Assembly (NCBI GenBank): GCA_027317865.1
Contig: DAHVQG010000005.1
Coordinates: 32,001 to 96,000, forward strand
Origin: Bdellovibrionales bacterium
GTDB taxonomy: Bacteria > Bdellovibrionota > Bdellovibrionia > Bdellovibrionales > UBA1609
Length of the DNA: 64,000 nt
Direction of reading: 5' to 3'
Shown: in pieces, positions 29,928-39,799 of the stretch
Layout: every line of letters starts with the position of its first letter
Position numbering within the stretch: position 1 is the stretch's first letter
Notes under the pieces: generated by a model
Seen by the model: only the letters and a program-made list of their open reading frames with translations
Told to the model about the DNA's origin: nothing
The model's database searches: none
Made by a program: the position numbers and the translations under genes

Positions 29928-31241
29928 TTAAAGTTCACTATCTATTGGCGGTAAAATCCCAAGTTCTTTGTAAATCGGTCTAATTTTTTCACCAATCGAT
30001 GGTAGGATATGATAAAAAACAAAAGCCGCAATCGTGCAAGTAAAACCGCTGATAAAAAGGGTCGTGGGAGCCCCGTAATATTTTGCGATGGTTCCGGCAA
30101 AAAGGCTCCCAAACGGGACCATGCCGGCGACCGCCATTGCGTAAAGGCTCATCACTCGCCCGCGTTTATCCTCGTCGATTATGGTTTGTAAGATCGTGTT
30201 GCCGGCGGCCAGTTGAACCATTAGGCCCAATCCGACAAAGAAAATGAAAAACATTGAGATCAGCGGCAAGCGAGAAAGCGAAAAGCACATGAGGCCCACT
30301 CCAAGCGTGGCAGAAGCCATTACAATTACTCGTCCCAGACCAAGCACGGATGGTCGAGATGCCAAATAGAGCACTCCGCACAGGGCGCCCAAGCCGGCGA
30401 ATGCTGTAAGGTAGCCGAGCAAGGCCGCGTTACCGTGTAGGCGAGCCACAATCATTGGCAATATCACCATGTAAGGCAAACCCATAAAACTCGCAACGGC
30501 GAGCATAAGCAAAAGCACAAGAACCGGTCGAAACGAAATAGCGTAGCGCACGCCCTCGACGAGTTCGTGCCTGACGCGTTTTCTTTCGTGCGCATGTTTG
30601 ACCTGCGGCTTGATCCGCATCATGAATAGGCACGCAATCACAGCCAAGTAGCTGACCGCATCGATGGCAAAACAGCCGCCTTCACCAACTGTTGCAATGA
30701 GAATACCTGCAAATGACGGCCCCACAAGCCGCGCCATATTGACCATCGACGAGTTAAGCGCGATGGCATTGGGTAAGTCTTCGCGGGATTCAACCATTTG
30801 AATAACAAAAGCTTGGCGGGTGGGCATATCAAATGTGTTGATAAAGCCCTGAAAAACACTCAACGCAATGATGTCGGTTATCGTAATTTTTCCGCTAATG
30901 GTAAAAACCGCAAGCAGTGCGGATTGAATCATAAACAGGGTTTGCGTTAGTTTTAGAATGTGATGACGATTTAGTCGATCAACCCACACGCCAGCAACCG
31001 ATGCGAACAAGAACATCGGAATTTGCCCCGCAAAACTGACAAATCCCAACATAAATGCCGACTTCGTGAGGCGATAAACGAGCCAGCTTGTTGCCACCCT
31101 CGTCAGCCACGTACCAATAAGTGAAATACTTTGGCCCGTAAAAAAAAGCCGGTAATTGCGATGCTTGAGGGCGCGGCCAAAGCGCGCGCGGATGCTCGTT
31201 GACCAGTCGCTAAAAGCTGAAAATCGCGGGATAACTCGCAT
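29928..31241 (-). CDS. MFS transporter
   Basis: RNYRLFFTGQSISLIGTW, GVWVDRLNR, NAIALNS, RGRVMSLY; about 12 TM helices. Confidence 0.93.
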   Translation of the reverse strand: MRVIPRFSAFSDWSTSIRARFGRALKHRNYRLFFTGQSISLIGTWLTRVATSWLVYRLTKSAFMLGFVSFAGQIPMFLFASVAGVWVDRLNRHHILKLTQTLFMIQSALLAVFTISGKITITDIIALSVFQGFINTFDMPTRQAFVIQMVESREDLPNAIALNSSMVNMARLVGPSFAGILIATVGEGGCFAIDAVSYLAVIACLFMMRIKPQVKHAHERKRVRHELVEGVRYAISFRPVLVLLLMLAVASFMGLPYMVILPMIVARLHGNAALLGYLTAFAGLGALCGVLYLASRPSVLGLGRVIVMASATLGVGLMCFSLSRLPLISMFFIFFVGLGLMVQLAAGNTILQTIIDEDKRGRVMSLYAMAVAGMVPFGSLFAGTIAKYYGAPTTLFISGFTCTIAAFVFYHILPSIGEKIRPIYKELGILPPIDSEL

Positions 31242-31260
31242 TTCAGAAGCTTAGCACCTT

Positions 31261-32409
31261 TTAAAGGCCTAGTTCACGAGCTATTAGTTCTTTCATAATC
31301 TCGTTACTGCCGCCATATACACGTTGTACGCGAGCATCGACGAAATAGCGGGATATCGGATATTCCCGCATGTAACCATAACCACCGAAAAGCTGCAGGC
31401 AATCATCGGCAACTTGAAATTGGGTTTCGGTAATCCAGTATTTTGCAATACTGACCTCTTTGACAAGTTTTTCGTTGTTCAGGTGCCGGACAATTAAGTC
31501 GTCTAAATAAGATTGAGCGAGTGAAACACGCGCTGCGGCTTCAGCCAATTTGAAGCGGGTATTTTGAAATTTCGAAAGTGGCTGCCCGAAGGCGTGCCGT
31601 GTTTTCACATATTCAACTGTGAGGTCTAGACTTCCGGCGGCGGCGGCGGCCGCGCCGATAGCCAGAACAAGCCGCTCTTGCTGAAGGTTTTGCATTAAAT
31701 ATTTGAAACCTTCATTTTCCTTTCCCAGCAAATTAGCTACGGGTACGCGGCAATCTTCAAAAAATATCTCGGAGGTGTCTTGAGCATGAAATCCAACTTT
31801 ATCGAGATTCTTGCCACGACTGAACCCTTTGCAATTCGAATCAACCAGAATAAGGCTGATACCCCGATGAGCCGGCTCGGCCTTTGGATCTGTGCGCACT
31901 GCGACCACGAACAAATCCGCGAGTTGTCCGTTACTGATGAAAGTCTTCGAGCCGTTTAAGACATAATAATCGCCGTCTCGGCGCGCTTCGGTCGTCAAAT
32001 GTGCAATATCGCTCCCGAAGCCGGGCTCGGACATCGCTAAAGCTAAAATTGTTTCGCCGCTTACACAGCCGGGTGTCCACTTTTTCTTTTGCTCGGGCGT
32101 GCCGAAGCGATCGATGTACGGATAAACAATGCCGTTATGAAGGGGAATGAAAAATCCCGAAACGCCGTGGTAATATAATTCTTCAGTTAATATGACCGTG
32201 TAGAGTAAACTTGCACCCATGCCGCCAAATTCCTCGGATGCTTCTGGGCAAAGCCAACCTTGCCGACCGGCTTCAAGCCAAGCTTCTCGCGGGACCATGC
32301 GGGCGTCTTCCCATTTTTCATATTCGGGGACTATTTGCGACTTAATTATCTCGCGAACTGTGTCGCGAAAGATGCGAAGTTCTTCGGAGGCTAAAATTTT
32401 TCGCTCCAT
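31261..32409 (-). CDS. Acyl-CoA dehydrogenase
   Basis: AMSEPGFGSD, NGSKTFISNG, QERL, QLFGGYGY, YGGSNEIMK. Start moved to ATG 32409 because the longer ORF overlaps the tRNA. Confidence 0.95.
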   Translation of the reverse strand: MERKILASEELRIFRDTVREIIKSQIVPEYEKWEDARMVPREAWLEAGRQGWLCPEASEEFGGMGASLLYTVILTEELYYHGVSGFFIPLHNGIVYPYIDRFGTPEQKKKWTPGCVSGETILALAMSEPGFGSDIAHLTTEARRDGDYYVLNGSKTFISNGQLADLFVVAVRTDPKAEPAHRGISLILVDSNCKGFSRGKNLDKVGFHAQDTSEIFFEDCRVPVANLLGKENEGFKYLMQNLQQERLVLAIGAAAAAAGSLDLTVEYVKTRHAFGQPLSKFQNTRFKLAEAAARVSLAQSYLDDLIVRHLNNEKLVKEVSIAKYWITETQFQVADDCLQLFGGYGYMREYPISRYFVDARVQRVYGGSNEIMKELIARELGL

Positions 32410-32427
32410 ATCCGAATTCCTTTCGAA

Positions 32428-32502
32428 TGGTAGGAGGTGAGGGATTCGAACCCACGACATCCACCTTGTAAGGGTGGCGCTCTACCACTGAGCTAACCTC
32501 CT
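32428..32502 (-). tRNA. tRNA-Val (anticodon TAC)
   Basis: Reverse complement AGGAGGT-TAGCTCAGTGGTAGAGC-G-CCACC-CTTACAA-GGTGG-ATGTC-GTGGGTTCGAATCCCTC-ACCTCCT-ACCA; cloverleaf with encoded CCA. Confidence 0.97.
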
Positions 32503-32605
32503 CCGCGCTTCGGCTTACAGTTGACGTGCACTCTTGCCGTGTGCGTAATTTTGCGAGGCGCAATATGACATCGCCTCAAGCACTTTGTAAAGTGCAAACC
32601 CACAA

Positions 32606-33931
32606 ATGAAAAGGTTATTTTGGTCGAGCCTATTAATCAAGCTGGTATTGGCGGCGTTTATTCCGATTTTTGCCGATGAAGCCTATTACTGGGTTTGGTC
32701 CCACCATTTACAACTCAGTTACTTTGACCATCCCCCAATGGTGGCATGGCTTTTTCTTCTCGGTCATTTTCTTGAACCGTACGCCAATTGTGTGCGATTT
32801 CCGGCGGTGATTCTCGGGCAAGCGACGTTTGCGCTGTGGCTACTCATTATGAGTGAAATTTTGCCGCAAGACGAGCTGCGCTCAGAACGGCTGTGGTGTT
32901 TTGCTCTGCTTTTTTTATTTTCTCCGTTTTTGGGAGCGGGTTCGATCATAGTGACGCCCGACATTCCATTGCTATTTTTTTGGTCACTCGCCATTTATGT
33001 GTTTTTGCGCCTTGAACGTGACCCGCGGGGGTTTAATTACCTCGCACTGGGTGCGGTCTTAGGGCTTTGCTTTTGTTCGAAGTACAATGCGGTATTGTTT
33101 GTTCCTCCTATATTTCTTTATCTGATTTTTGAGCGGCGATGGCGCGAGGTAAACTGGAAGTACGTGCCGCTTACCATTTTGGCGGGACTTTTATTTTGCG
33201 CTCCGGTTTTGATTTGGAATTATCAACACAATTTTATTTCATTTCGTTTTCAGCTCCACCATGGATTTCATAATCACGCCTACAAACCATCATGGGCTTT
33301 CGAGTATGTATTTACCCAGATCGGGTTATTGTTTCCGCTGATTGTGTGGGCCGCTTTACGGGCTAAGCTGCCGCGAGCGGCAAGGATTTTAATCTATTTT
33401 GGTTGGTTTCCGTTTGCATTTTTCTTTTTCTCGGCACTTAAGTCACATGTCGAGGCCAATTGGACAATCGTGGGCTACCCGGCGATTTTGGCCCTGGCGG
33501 TATTTTATCCGCGCATTCGTGCTTTTACGCGCATATATGTGGCCGTTTTTGGCGCTGCGCTCATTGCGGCGATCATTGTGATGTTTGTGCCGAATCTTCG
33601 TAAACTAAGCGGTCACGTTATGAACGCCTATCAATACGAGTTGCTCGCTAAAAAATTAAAACCCTACCATCCTCTTTTCACACAAACGCACCAATGGGCT
33701 GCGGCACTTAATTACATTACCAAAAAGCCGGTTTACATGCTGCGCGGTATTGATCGCCCTGATTTTTACGATTTTATTCCGCAATCGAAACCAACTGGAG
33801 ACCACTTTTATTTACTTACTGAGCCAAACGAAAGGATGCCCGATTGGATGTCAAAAGATCACTGGACTTGGCACCTGATTAACATTGCCATCCCGCCGAA
33901 ATTTCAACTTCTTGAGGCGACTCGCCAATAA
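32606..33931 (+). CDS. Glycosyltransferase family 39/ArnT-like (GT-C) membrane protein
   Basis: DEAYYWVWS, SYFDHPPMVAW, TPD, SKY, PVLIWN, EANW. Confidence 0.9.
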   Translation: MKRLFWSSLLIKLVLAAFIPIFADEAYYWVWSHHLQLSYFDHPPMVAWLFLLGHFLEPYANCVRFPAVILGQATFALWLLIMSEILPQDELRSERLWCFALLFLFSPFLGAGSIIVTPDIPLLFFWSLAIYVFLRLERDPRGFNYLALGAVLGLCFCSKYNAVLFVPPIFLYLIFERRWREVNWKYVPLTILAGLLFCAPVLIWNYQHNFISFRFQLHHGFHNHAYKPSWAFEYVFTQIGLLFPLIVWAALRAKLPRAARILIYFGWFPFAFFFFSALKSHVEANWTIVGYPAILALAVFYPRIRAFTRIYVAVFGAALIAAIIVMFVPNLRKLSGHVMNAYQYELLAKKLKPYHPLFTQTHQWAAALNYITKKPVYMLRGIDRPDFYDFIPQSKPTGDHFYLLTEPNERMPDWMSKDHWTWHLINIAIPPKFQLLEATRQ

Positions 33932-33935
33932 TTAT

Positions 33936-35141
33936 CTACATTAAATGTTGGGCGATTTTACTATAAACAGTTTCAGGTGAAATAACCTGCAAGCATTTAT
34001 TGTCTTGGCACGGAGTTTTGCGATGGTTGAACGCGCTCACGCACGGCGAGCAGGCGAAGTTCGCGTACAGAGGAGTGAAATTACCTAGAGACCCGTAGAG
34101 CGCCGGTGTCTCGGGCCCAAAAAAAACATAAGTTGGAATTTCAGTTAGGCTTGCAAAATGTGCCGGTCCGGAGTCGTTTGAAACCATAAGGCGGCAAAAA
34201 GTGTAAAGGCTTGTGAGATCTTCAAATGCAATACGCCCGGCGAAATTATGGCAGCGATCGCGCGCAGTTAATATGCGGATAGGTTCCACTTCAAGGGCCT
34301 CACTGGGCGAACCGGTGAGAAGAATGTGGGCATCAGGATTTTGATCTAAAATAAGTTGTCCGAGTTTTGCAAAATGAACTTGCGGCCAACGCCGCTGAGG
34401 TAAAAATTCTCCACCAGCGCAATTGAGAATGACCCACTTAACTTGGTCTACATCGGCCGTGCCGAGTTCTTTGAGCTTCGCCCGAACACGAAGCTTGGCG
34501 CTTTCATTAACCGCGATTTTTTGGGGTTGAATCTCCTCGTCGGAAATGCCGCCCTTGAAATAAGGGAGATCCGGCTCGCTCGCCATCAATGATTTGACAA
34601 GAGCCATGAAATTTTTTGCGATGTGGATATGCGGATTGTAAGCTACCCGGCGGGTAAGAATATCGCCGCGGTAAAGCCCTTCGGCATGAAACGAATCAAA
34701 ACCGACACGCTCGCGGGCTCCGCTAAACGCAGAAAGCAGGGCCGAGTATCTTGAGAAGAGTTCAAAATCGATCGCTGAATCAATTCGGCGGACGCGACAC
34801 CAAATAAAAAAACGAAACGTATCAAACGCAAACAATAAAGGGCTCTTTTCTCGAATTAAGTAAATATGATCTTGCGCGACTGTCCCTACCATTCGAAGGC
34901 TCGCGGCGTTGCGCTCAAAAATTGCGTAAAAGATTTCAACATTTTGATTGCGCAGCCAGCGAAGAGCCGAATCGCCGACAATGGCGCTGCCCATTTCTGA
35001 AAGCTGCAAAAAAACAGTACGTTTCGCGGGCCCCTTGCGGCCTTTTTGTAATAGGCGTACGAACTTCAGCCAAATCCCCGCTAAGAAACAGAGAGGAACT
35101 CCGACATAATAATCGATAAAGCGCATGACATCGACAGACAT
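33936..35141 (-). CDS. Glycosyltransferase family 9 (heptosyltransferase-like)
   Basis: LSEMGS, RRWP, SNDSGPAHFA, FFGPETP, CSPC...C...C. Confidence 0.9.
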   Translation of the reverse strand: MSVDVMRFIDYYVGVPLCFLAGIWLKFVRLLQKGRKGPAKRTVFLQLSEMGSAIVGDSALRWLRNQNVEIFYAIFERNAASLRMVGTVAQDHIYLIREKSPLLFAFDTFRFFIWCRVRRIDSAIDFELFSRYSALLSAFSGARERVGFDSFHAEGLYRGDILTRRVAYNPHIHIAKNFMALVKSLMASEPDLPYFKGGISDEEIQPQKIAVNESAKLRVRAKLKELGTADVDQVKWVILNCAGGEFLPQRRWPQVHFAKLGQLILDQNPDAHILLTGSPSEALEVEPIRILTARDRCHNFAGRIAFEDLTSLYTFCRLMVSNDSGPAHFASLTEIPTYVFFGPETPALYGSLGNFTPLYANFACSPCVSAFNHRKTPCQDNKCLQVISPETVYSKIAQHLM

Positions 35142-35234
35142 AGCGCCGACTAGCTTACCCAAGTGAGCTCATGAAGACAATTGTCGTAGAAAAATGCCTT
35201 GCGCCACGGCGGCCAATGGAGCAAATAGACCGTC

Positions 35235-35897
35235 ATGTCCAAAATTTATGAACTAGCGGCTACGCCCCAAACCAACCGTGACGGAGCCTGGCACGCTGAC
35301 TTTTTTAAAGAATTACCGTTGGCCAACGTTACGGTCGTCGATGAGACGCCAGCGCCGGGTCCAGATAATTGGCCTTACCTTAAAGTTGAACTAAACGAAA
35401 AATCGAAAGAGCCCGTAGCAAATGTTTTGAATTGGCTTTCAACCCGCGGCATCGGCCTTGTCGTAAATCCAAAAAAGGAATTGCCTGACGCGGTTTTGAC
35501 CTACGGGATGACATGGAATTTTCGCCAAACGGGGCACATTTTCACAACCGACAATAATACTTGCTCGGTGATTCAAAAAGCGCCCGCCGAATCGAAATTC
35601 GAACTTCAAAAGGGTCAGATGATTCACGCCGGAGCTCCGAGCGAACAATACCTACCCAAGTACGTGCGCGAAATTTTACAGGCGTTTTTTCATGATAATG
35701 GGGTTAAAACACCGAAAATACTTGTGGTGAGCCAAGACCGCGAACAATACGATCTTTGTTTTTCGGTTGAATCATTGGGCAATCCTGAACCCGCCGAGCA
35801 TCCGGGTGTTCTCGAGGCCCTGGCTTGGTTTTTACCGGCACATTATTCGCTCGTATTGGCGAGCGAAGCTGGATTGCCGCCATTTGTTGAACTGTAA
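35235..35897 (+). CDS. Hypothetical protein
   Basis: 220 aa ORF filling the gap; GPDNWPYL and WFLPAHYSL look like conserved motifs. Confidence 0.6.
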   Translation: MSKIYELAATPQTNRDGAWHADFFKELPLANVTVVDETPAPGPDNWPYLKVELNEKSKEPVANVLNWLSTRGIGLVVNPKKELPDAVLTYGMTWNFRQTGHIFTTDNNTCSVIQKAPAESKFELQKGQMIHAGAPSEQYLPKYVREILQAFFHDNGVKTPKILVVSQDREQYDLCFSVESLGNPEPAEHPGVLEALAWFLPAHYSLVLASEAGLPPFVEL

Positions 35898-35914
35898 AGA
35901 TAGAATGGCTCGGG

Positions 35915-36298
35915 TTACCTCATTTCGCCCGGCATTGGCAAAAGATCCACGAGACACGCGCGCCAATATTCCGGCACTTCAAAGGAAAAGTCGATCGCGA
36001 CTGCAAAAACTCCCTTGCCGACATGGGTTGTGCGAGAAACCGTGCCGTCCAAGTCGAGGTTCATTTGCGGCAAATAAAGCGCCACTTGCTGGCCTAGGAG
36101 CGATTCAAGGTTGAGATTTTGGCGAAGCGTTTTGGGAACCAAATCTCGCCGCGAAATTTCGACAAGAAACCCGCTTGTCGAGGCATTTACAATGCGGCCT
36201 GTTTTTGCAATCACAGAGTAATTCGTGATCGATGTCAGATCGCTTATTAAAATTCCCTCGACCTCTTTTCGGCCAGCCACCCGCCGCTCGCTTTTCAT
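35915..36298 (-). CDS. PilZ domain protein
   Basis: ERRVAGR (RxxxR) and NASTSG (D/NxSxxG) c-di-GMP motifs; AAGGAG RBS. Confidence 0.8.
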   Translation of the reverse strand: MKSERRVAGRKEVEGILISDLTSITNYSVIAKTGRIVNASTSGFLVEISRRDLVPKTLRQNLNLESLLGQQVALYLPQMNLDLDGTVSRTTHVGKGVFAVAIDFSFEVPEYWRACLVDLLPMPGEMR

Positions 36299-36335
36299 CG
36301 ATGCTCCTTTATAGTTGTTTAACTGTTATGAATAC

Positions 36336-36362
36336 CTATCGGCTAGGCTCGACGAAAGTTAA
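36336..36362 (-). promoter_or_regulatory. Putative sigma28 (FliA) promoter for the PilZ gene
   Basis: Minus strand TTAA-N15-GCCGATAG versus consensus TAAA-N15-GCCGATAA. Confidence 0.6.
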
Positions 36363-36925
36363 GGGCTAATTACGGCGAATCCCATTATTGTACGTTTATC
36401 AAACTCACAGCGTCCGTAGCCGCGCTTCGGTAACAGATGAGAATCATTTACGTTAAACTGAAACAAAAAGATTTGGCGTGAATTGTGGTGCTTCTTTAGG
36501 TGGCGTATTCCTTCAATTTGAATCGCTGAGACCACTTTGGGCTGTGCTGTCGTACGCAAAGCCTTAAATGCGGCTTCTTTAGCTACCCAGACGGCTAAAG
36601 CATTATTGTTAAAGTGTGCAAGTTCATATGGACTCGCAAACCGCAAAACGGCTTTTTTCGAGACACGACGGGTTGTTGGTTCTAGATCAAATCCGACCGG
36701 TTGTTGGGCGACCGCGAATCCGCCCAAGTGACGGGTGTGCGAAAGGCTGAAATAACAGCCACGACGGTTTTTTAAAATGAACTTAAGATGTTGTTCCAAT
36801 TTGAGACGGTTAGAGCTGGTTGCCTTCGCATTTCGGCCGAGAGACTTCCAGCCGGGAGAAATAAAATAGTCAATTTCGACGCCGCAAATCGTAACCGATT
36901 TTTTGGGGATGGGTTTTAGTTCCAC
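36359..36925 (-). CDS. 4'-phosphopantetheinyl transferase superfamily protein
   Basis: FSLSHT, VGFDLE, WVAKEAAFKA. Confidence 0.8.
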   Translation of the reverse strand: MELKPIPKKSVTICGVEIDYFISPGWKSLGRNAKATSSNRLKLEQHLKFILKNRRGCYFSLSHTRHLGGFAVAQQPVGFDLEPTTRRVSKKAVLRFASPYELAHFNNNALAVWVAKEAAFKALRTTAQPKVVSAIQIEGIRHLKKHHNSRQIFLFQFNVNDSHLLPKRGYGRCEFDKRTIMGFAVISP

Positions 36926-37872
36926 ACGACGACTTCACCGCGAGAGATTTTCATCATGCGCTCAAGCGGCCGGCGGGCAAGTTCGATGACCGATAAATCG
37001 ACCGTCACCTGGGGCGAACGGTCACGCAATGCCGCCGCGATTTTTTCAAGCGTATTCATCTTCATATAAGGGCACTCGTTGCAGGCACACGTTCCTTCGA
37101 CAGGAGCTTGCACGATTTCAGCATCGGGCCGGGCTTTTTTCATCTGGTGAAAGATTCCCGGTTCGGTTGCAACAATAAAGGTTTTTGCCGGGTTGGTTTT
37201 GACTTCTTCTAGAAGCCTTGAAGTTGATCCAGTTACGTCAGCGTATTGCAAAACGCTCTCAACGCATTCGGGATGGGCCAATACCGGCGCGTCTGGGTAT
37301 TTACTCTTTAACTCATAAAGTTTACGGGCCGAAAACAGGACGTGCACGTCACAAGCGCCGGGCCATAGCTCCATGGGCCGGCCGATTTTTTTTTGTAAGT
37401 ATGACCCGAGGTTTCGATCGGGGCCAAAAAGGATAGTTTTTTCTTCGGGAATGGCGCGAATCACTTTTTCGGCATTGGCTGATGTGCAGATAACGTCCGA
37501 AATACTTTTAGCTTCGGCTGAGCAGTTCACATAGCTAACAAGGACGCTGTCGGGGTGTTCGTCTTTCCACGCTTTGTAGCGTTCAAACGGGGAGTGGTGA
37601 ACAAGCGAACAGCCGGCGTTCGTGTCAGGTACAAGCACCGTTTTTTGTGGTGAGAGAATTTTGACCGTCTCAGCCATAAACACAACCCCCGCCATGAGAA
37701 CAATGGGGTTTTCGGTGTTTTGGCTATATTGCGCGAGCGCAAGAGAATCACCGACGAAATCGGCTACGTCTTGAATGGCGCCGTCTTCATAAAAGTGGGC
37801 AAGAATCAGCGCATTTTGCGCCTTTTTAAGGCGAAGAATTTCATCGATAATCGAATTTGAATTTAAAGTCAT
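36916..37872 (-). CDS. nadA: Quinolinate synthase
   Basis: LAHFY, GDSLAL, GVVFMAE, AGCSL, GACDVH, AHPEC, CPYMKMNTL. Confidence 0.96.
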   Translation of the reverse strand: MTLNSNSIIDEILRLKKAQNALILAHFYEDGAIQDVADFVGDSLALAQYSQNTENPIVLMAGVVFMAETVKILSPQKTVLVPDTNAGCSLVHHSPFERYKAWKDEHPDSVLVSYVNCSAEAKSISDVICTSANAEKVIRAIPEEKTILFGPDRNLGSYLQKKIGRPMELWPGACDVHVLFSARKLYELKSKYPDAPVLAHPECVESVLQYADVTGSTSRLLEEVKTNPAKTFIVATEPGIFHQMKKARPDAEIVQAPVEGTCACNECPYMKMNTLEKIAAALRDRSPQVTVDLSVIELARRPLERMMKISRGEVVVWN

Positions 37873-37929
37873 AGGCTCACCTCATACAAGATGAGCATTT
37901 ATATATCACGCAATACAGAAAATTCACAA

Positions 37930-38511
37930 TTACGGATGCCGGCCCAGCGCTTGCGTGCACTGTGAGCCAAATTCCTGAAAATATTGATCACAAGCGAAAT
38001 TCGCGTCAGTGCAATTCGATTCAAAAAGAGTCTCAAAGGGGCAGCTAAAGTTCGCGCCTTGAGTGACCACGCTTGTAAATTGCCCTTTAGAGATAACCTT
38101 AGAGCCTTTTGTCAGTTCGTAGTGAATGACATTTTTGCCCATTCCAAGCAGCGGCTGTTGAAAAAGTGACTGAATGAGTAAATTGATGCTCCCGCTTTGG
38201 CCCGTTTTTGAGTTGTATTTAACCGTTTTCACGGTTTGACTACCGTTTGAGTGAGTTGCGATTAGCTTCACGTGATCGGCATTTACGGGGCCAGCTATAA
38301 AGACATCAACACTGTTAGGTACCGTCGCCCACGTATTACAATTATACATTTGAGTCCCCATGCCGAACGGCGATTGGCATTGGACATTGACAGCTCCGTA
38401 TACGGGATCGATTTGCCGGTTATTACCGTATTTAAATCCCGGAGCAGCCAAAGCCGGTAGGGCAATAATTGAAGCGAAAATGAATAGGCCAAGCGACAAA
38501 AACGATTTCAT
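37930..38511 (-). CDS. Hypothetical secreted protein, Cys-containing and N/Q/S/T-rich
   Basis: Signal peptide ending ALA-A, six Cys; GGGGG RBS. Confidence 0.7.
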   Translation of the reverse strand: MKSFLSLGLFIFASIIALPALAAPGFKYGNNRQIDPVYGAVNVQCQSPFGMGTQMYNCNTWATVPNSVDVFIAGPVNADHVKLIATHSNGSQTVKTVKYNSKTGQSGSINLLIQSLFQQPLLGMGKNVIHYELTKGSKVISKGQFTSVVTQGANFSCPFETLFESNCTDANFACDQYFQEFGSQCTQALGRHP

Positions 38512-38534
38512 ACATCCCCCTAAATTTGAGACTT

Positions 38535-39125
38535 CTAAATTTCTCCACCTTTAAGTGTCGTGATGATGGCTTTTGACGTTGTCTTAAGCGCTTCAAAAAC
38601 ACCAATGCCTTCGCGGGCGCGGCCCTCAAAGTCGGGAGCATTGTAAGGATTTAAGGCATTTCGTAGCTCGGCAAGCGGTAAAGCGTTTGGCAAATCACGC
38701 TTATTGTACTGTATGGCAAGCGGCAGACTTCGCAGCTCGTAACCTTGTTGCTCAAGGTTGAGTTCAAGATTACGAAGTGATTGCAGGTTTTCTTCCATGC
38801 GTTCGGCTTGCGAATCGGCAACAAAAACAATTCCATCAAGACCTTTGAGGATCAATCTTCGACTGGCATCGTAAACAACTTGCCCCGGCACCGTGTAGAG
38901 ATGAAAGCGGGTTTTAAAGCCGCGAATTTCACCGACTTCCATTGGTAAAAAATCAAAAAACAGGGTGCGCTCCACATCAGTAGGGAGTTCAACAAGTTCG
39001 GATCGATCTTGGGCGATACTTTTTTGATAAATCCACTGCAGGTTTGTAGTTTTGCCGCCAAGCGAGGGGCCGTAGTAAACGATCTTGCAATGGATTTCTT
39101 TAGCGTTGTAGTTGATAAACGACAT
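38535..39125 (-). CDS. mglA: Ras-like GTPase MglA
   Basis: MSFINY..KEIHCKIVYYGPSLGGKTTNL, RTLFFDFLP, TVPGQV, QYNKRDLP. Confidence 0.95.
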   Translation of the reverse strand: MSFINYNAKEIHCKIVYYGPSLGGKTTNLQWIYQKSIAQDRSELVELPTDVERTLFFDFLPMEVGEIRGFKTRFHLYTVPGQVVYDASRRLILKGLDGIVFVADSQAERMEENLQSLRNLELNLEQQGYELRSLPLAIQYNKRDLPNALPLAELRNALNPYNAPDFEGRAREGIGVFEALKTTSKAIITTLKGGEI

Positions 39126-39157
39126 TAAGTTCCGCCTACAGTATTAGTTCTATCCGA

Positions 39158-39799
39158 CTACAGATCGACGCGATTTTCAAGTGCGCGGCCCAAAGTTCTA
39201 AAGTCTATGTAGTCGATATCCCCTCCAATGGGTATTCCATGGGCAAGGCGGCTGATCCGAAGCTTTTGCGACCCTTCATGCTGCCCAAAACTGCCGTTTT
39301 GAGGGTGCTCACGCAATTGTTTAGCAATATAAAGCGCCGTTGTGTCACCCTCGAGATCGGCATCGAGCGCTAGAATGACTTCACAAATATCTTCGTGAGC
39401 CACACGCTGAAGCAGCGGTTCAAGCCGAATGTCTTTAGGGCCGACCCCGTCAAGCGGCGAAAGAGTGCCATGCAAAACATGGTAGCGGCCACGAAAAACC
39501 CCCGACGTGTCGATGCGCGCTATATCGGCCGGATCTTCAACCACACAAATCGAATCATTCGTGCGGGATGGGTCAAGACAATAGTGGCAAAGGCTCTCGT
39601 TTTCAGTAAACGAAAAACAACGCGGGCATTCGTGAACAGAGGTTTTCACGCGCTCAAGGGCCGCGCGAAGATTGTCATTGTATGCGGCAGGGCTTCGCAA
39701 AATATAATAGGCAAGTCGCCCCGCCGTTTTGGGCCCCACTCCCGGGAGCTTCGCCAATTCGGCAACAAGTTTTTCAAGCGAAGGGACATTTTGAATCAT
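39158..39799 (-). CDS. recR: Recombination mediator RecR
   Basis: LPGVGPKTA, C4 zinc finger, ICVVE, YHVLHG, EGDTTA, RLAHGIPIG. Confidence 0.97.
   Translation of the reverse strand: MIQNVPSLEKLVAELAKLPGVGPKTAGRLAYYILRSPAAYNDNLRAALERVKTSVHECPRCFSFTENESLCHYCLDPSRTNDSICVVEDPADIARIDTSGVFRGRYHVLHGTLSPLDGVGPKDIRLEPLLQRVAHEDICEVILALDADLEGDTTALYIAKQLREHPQNGSFGQHEGSQKLRISRLAHGIPIGGDIDYIDFRTLGRALENRVDL

Noticed and set aside
32428-32460. tRNA-Val 3' end as an integration site
   Set aside because: No integrase and no duplicated tRNA 3' end noticed in the window.
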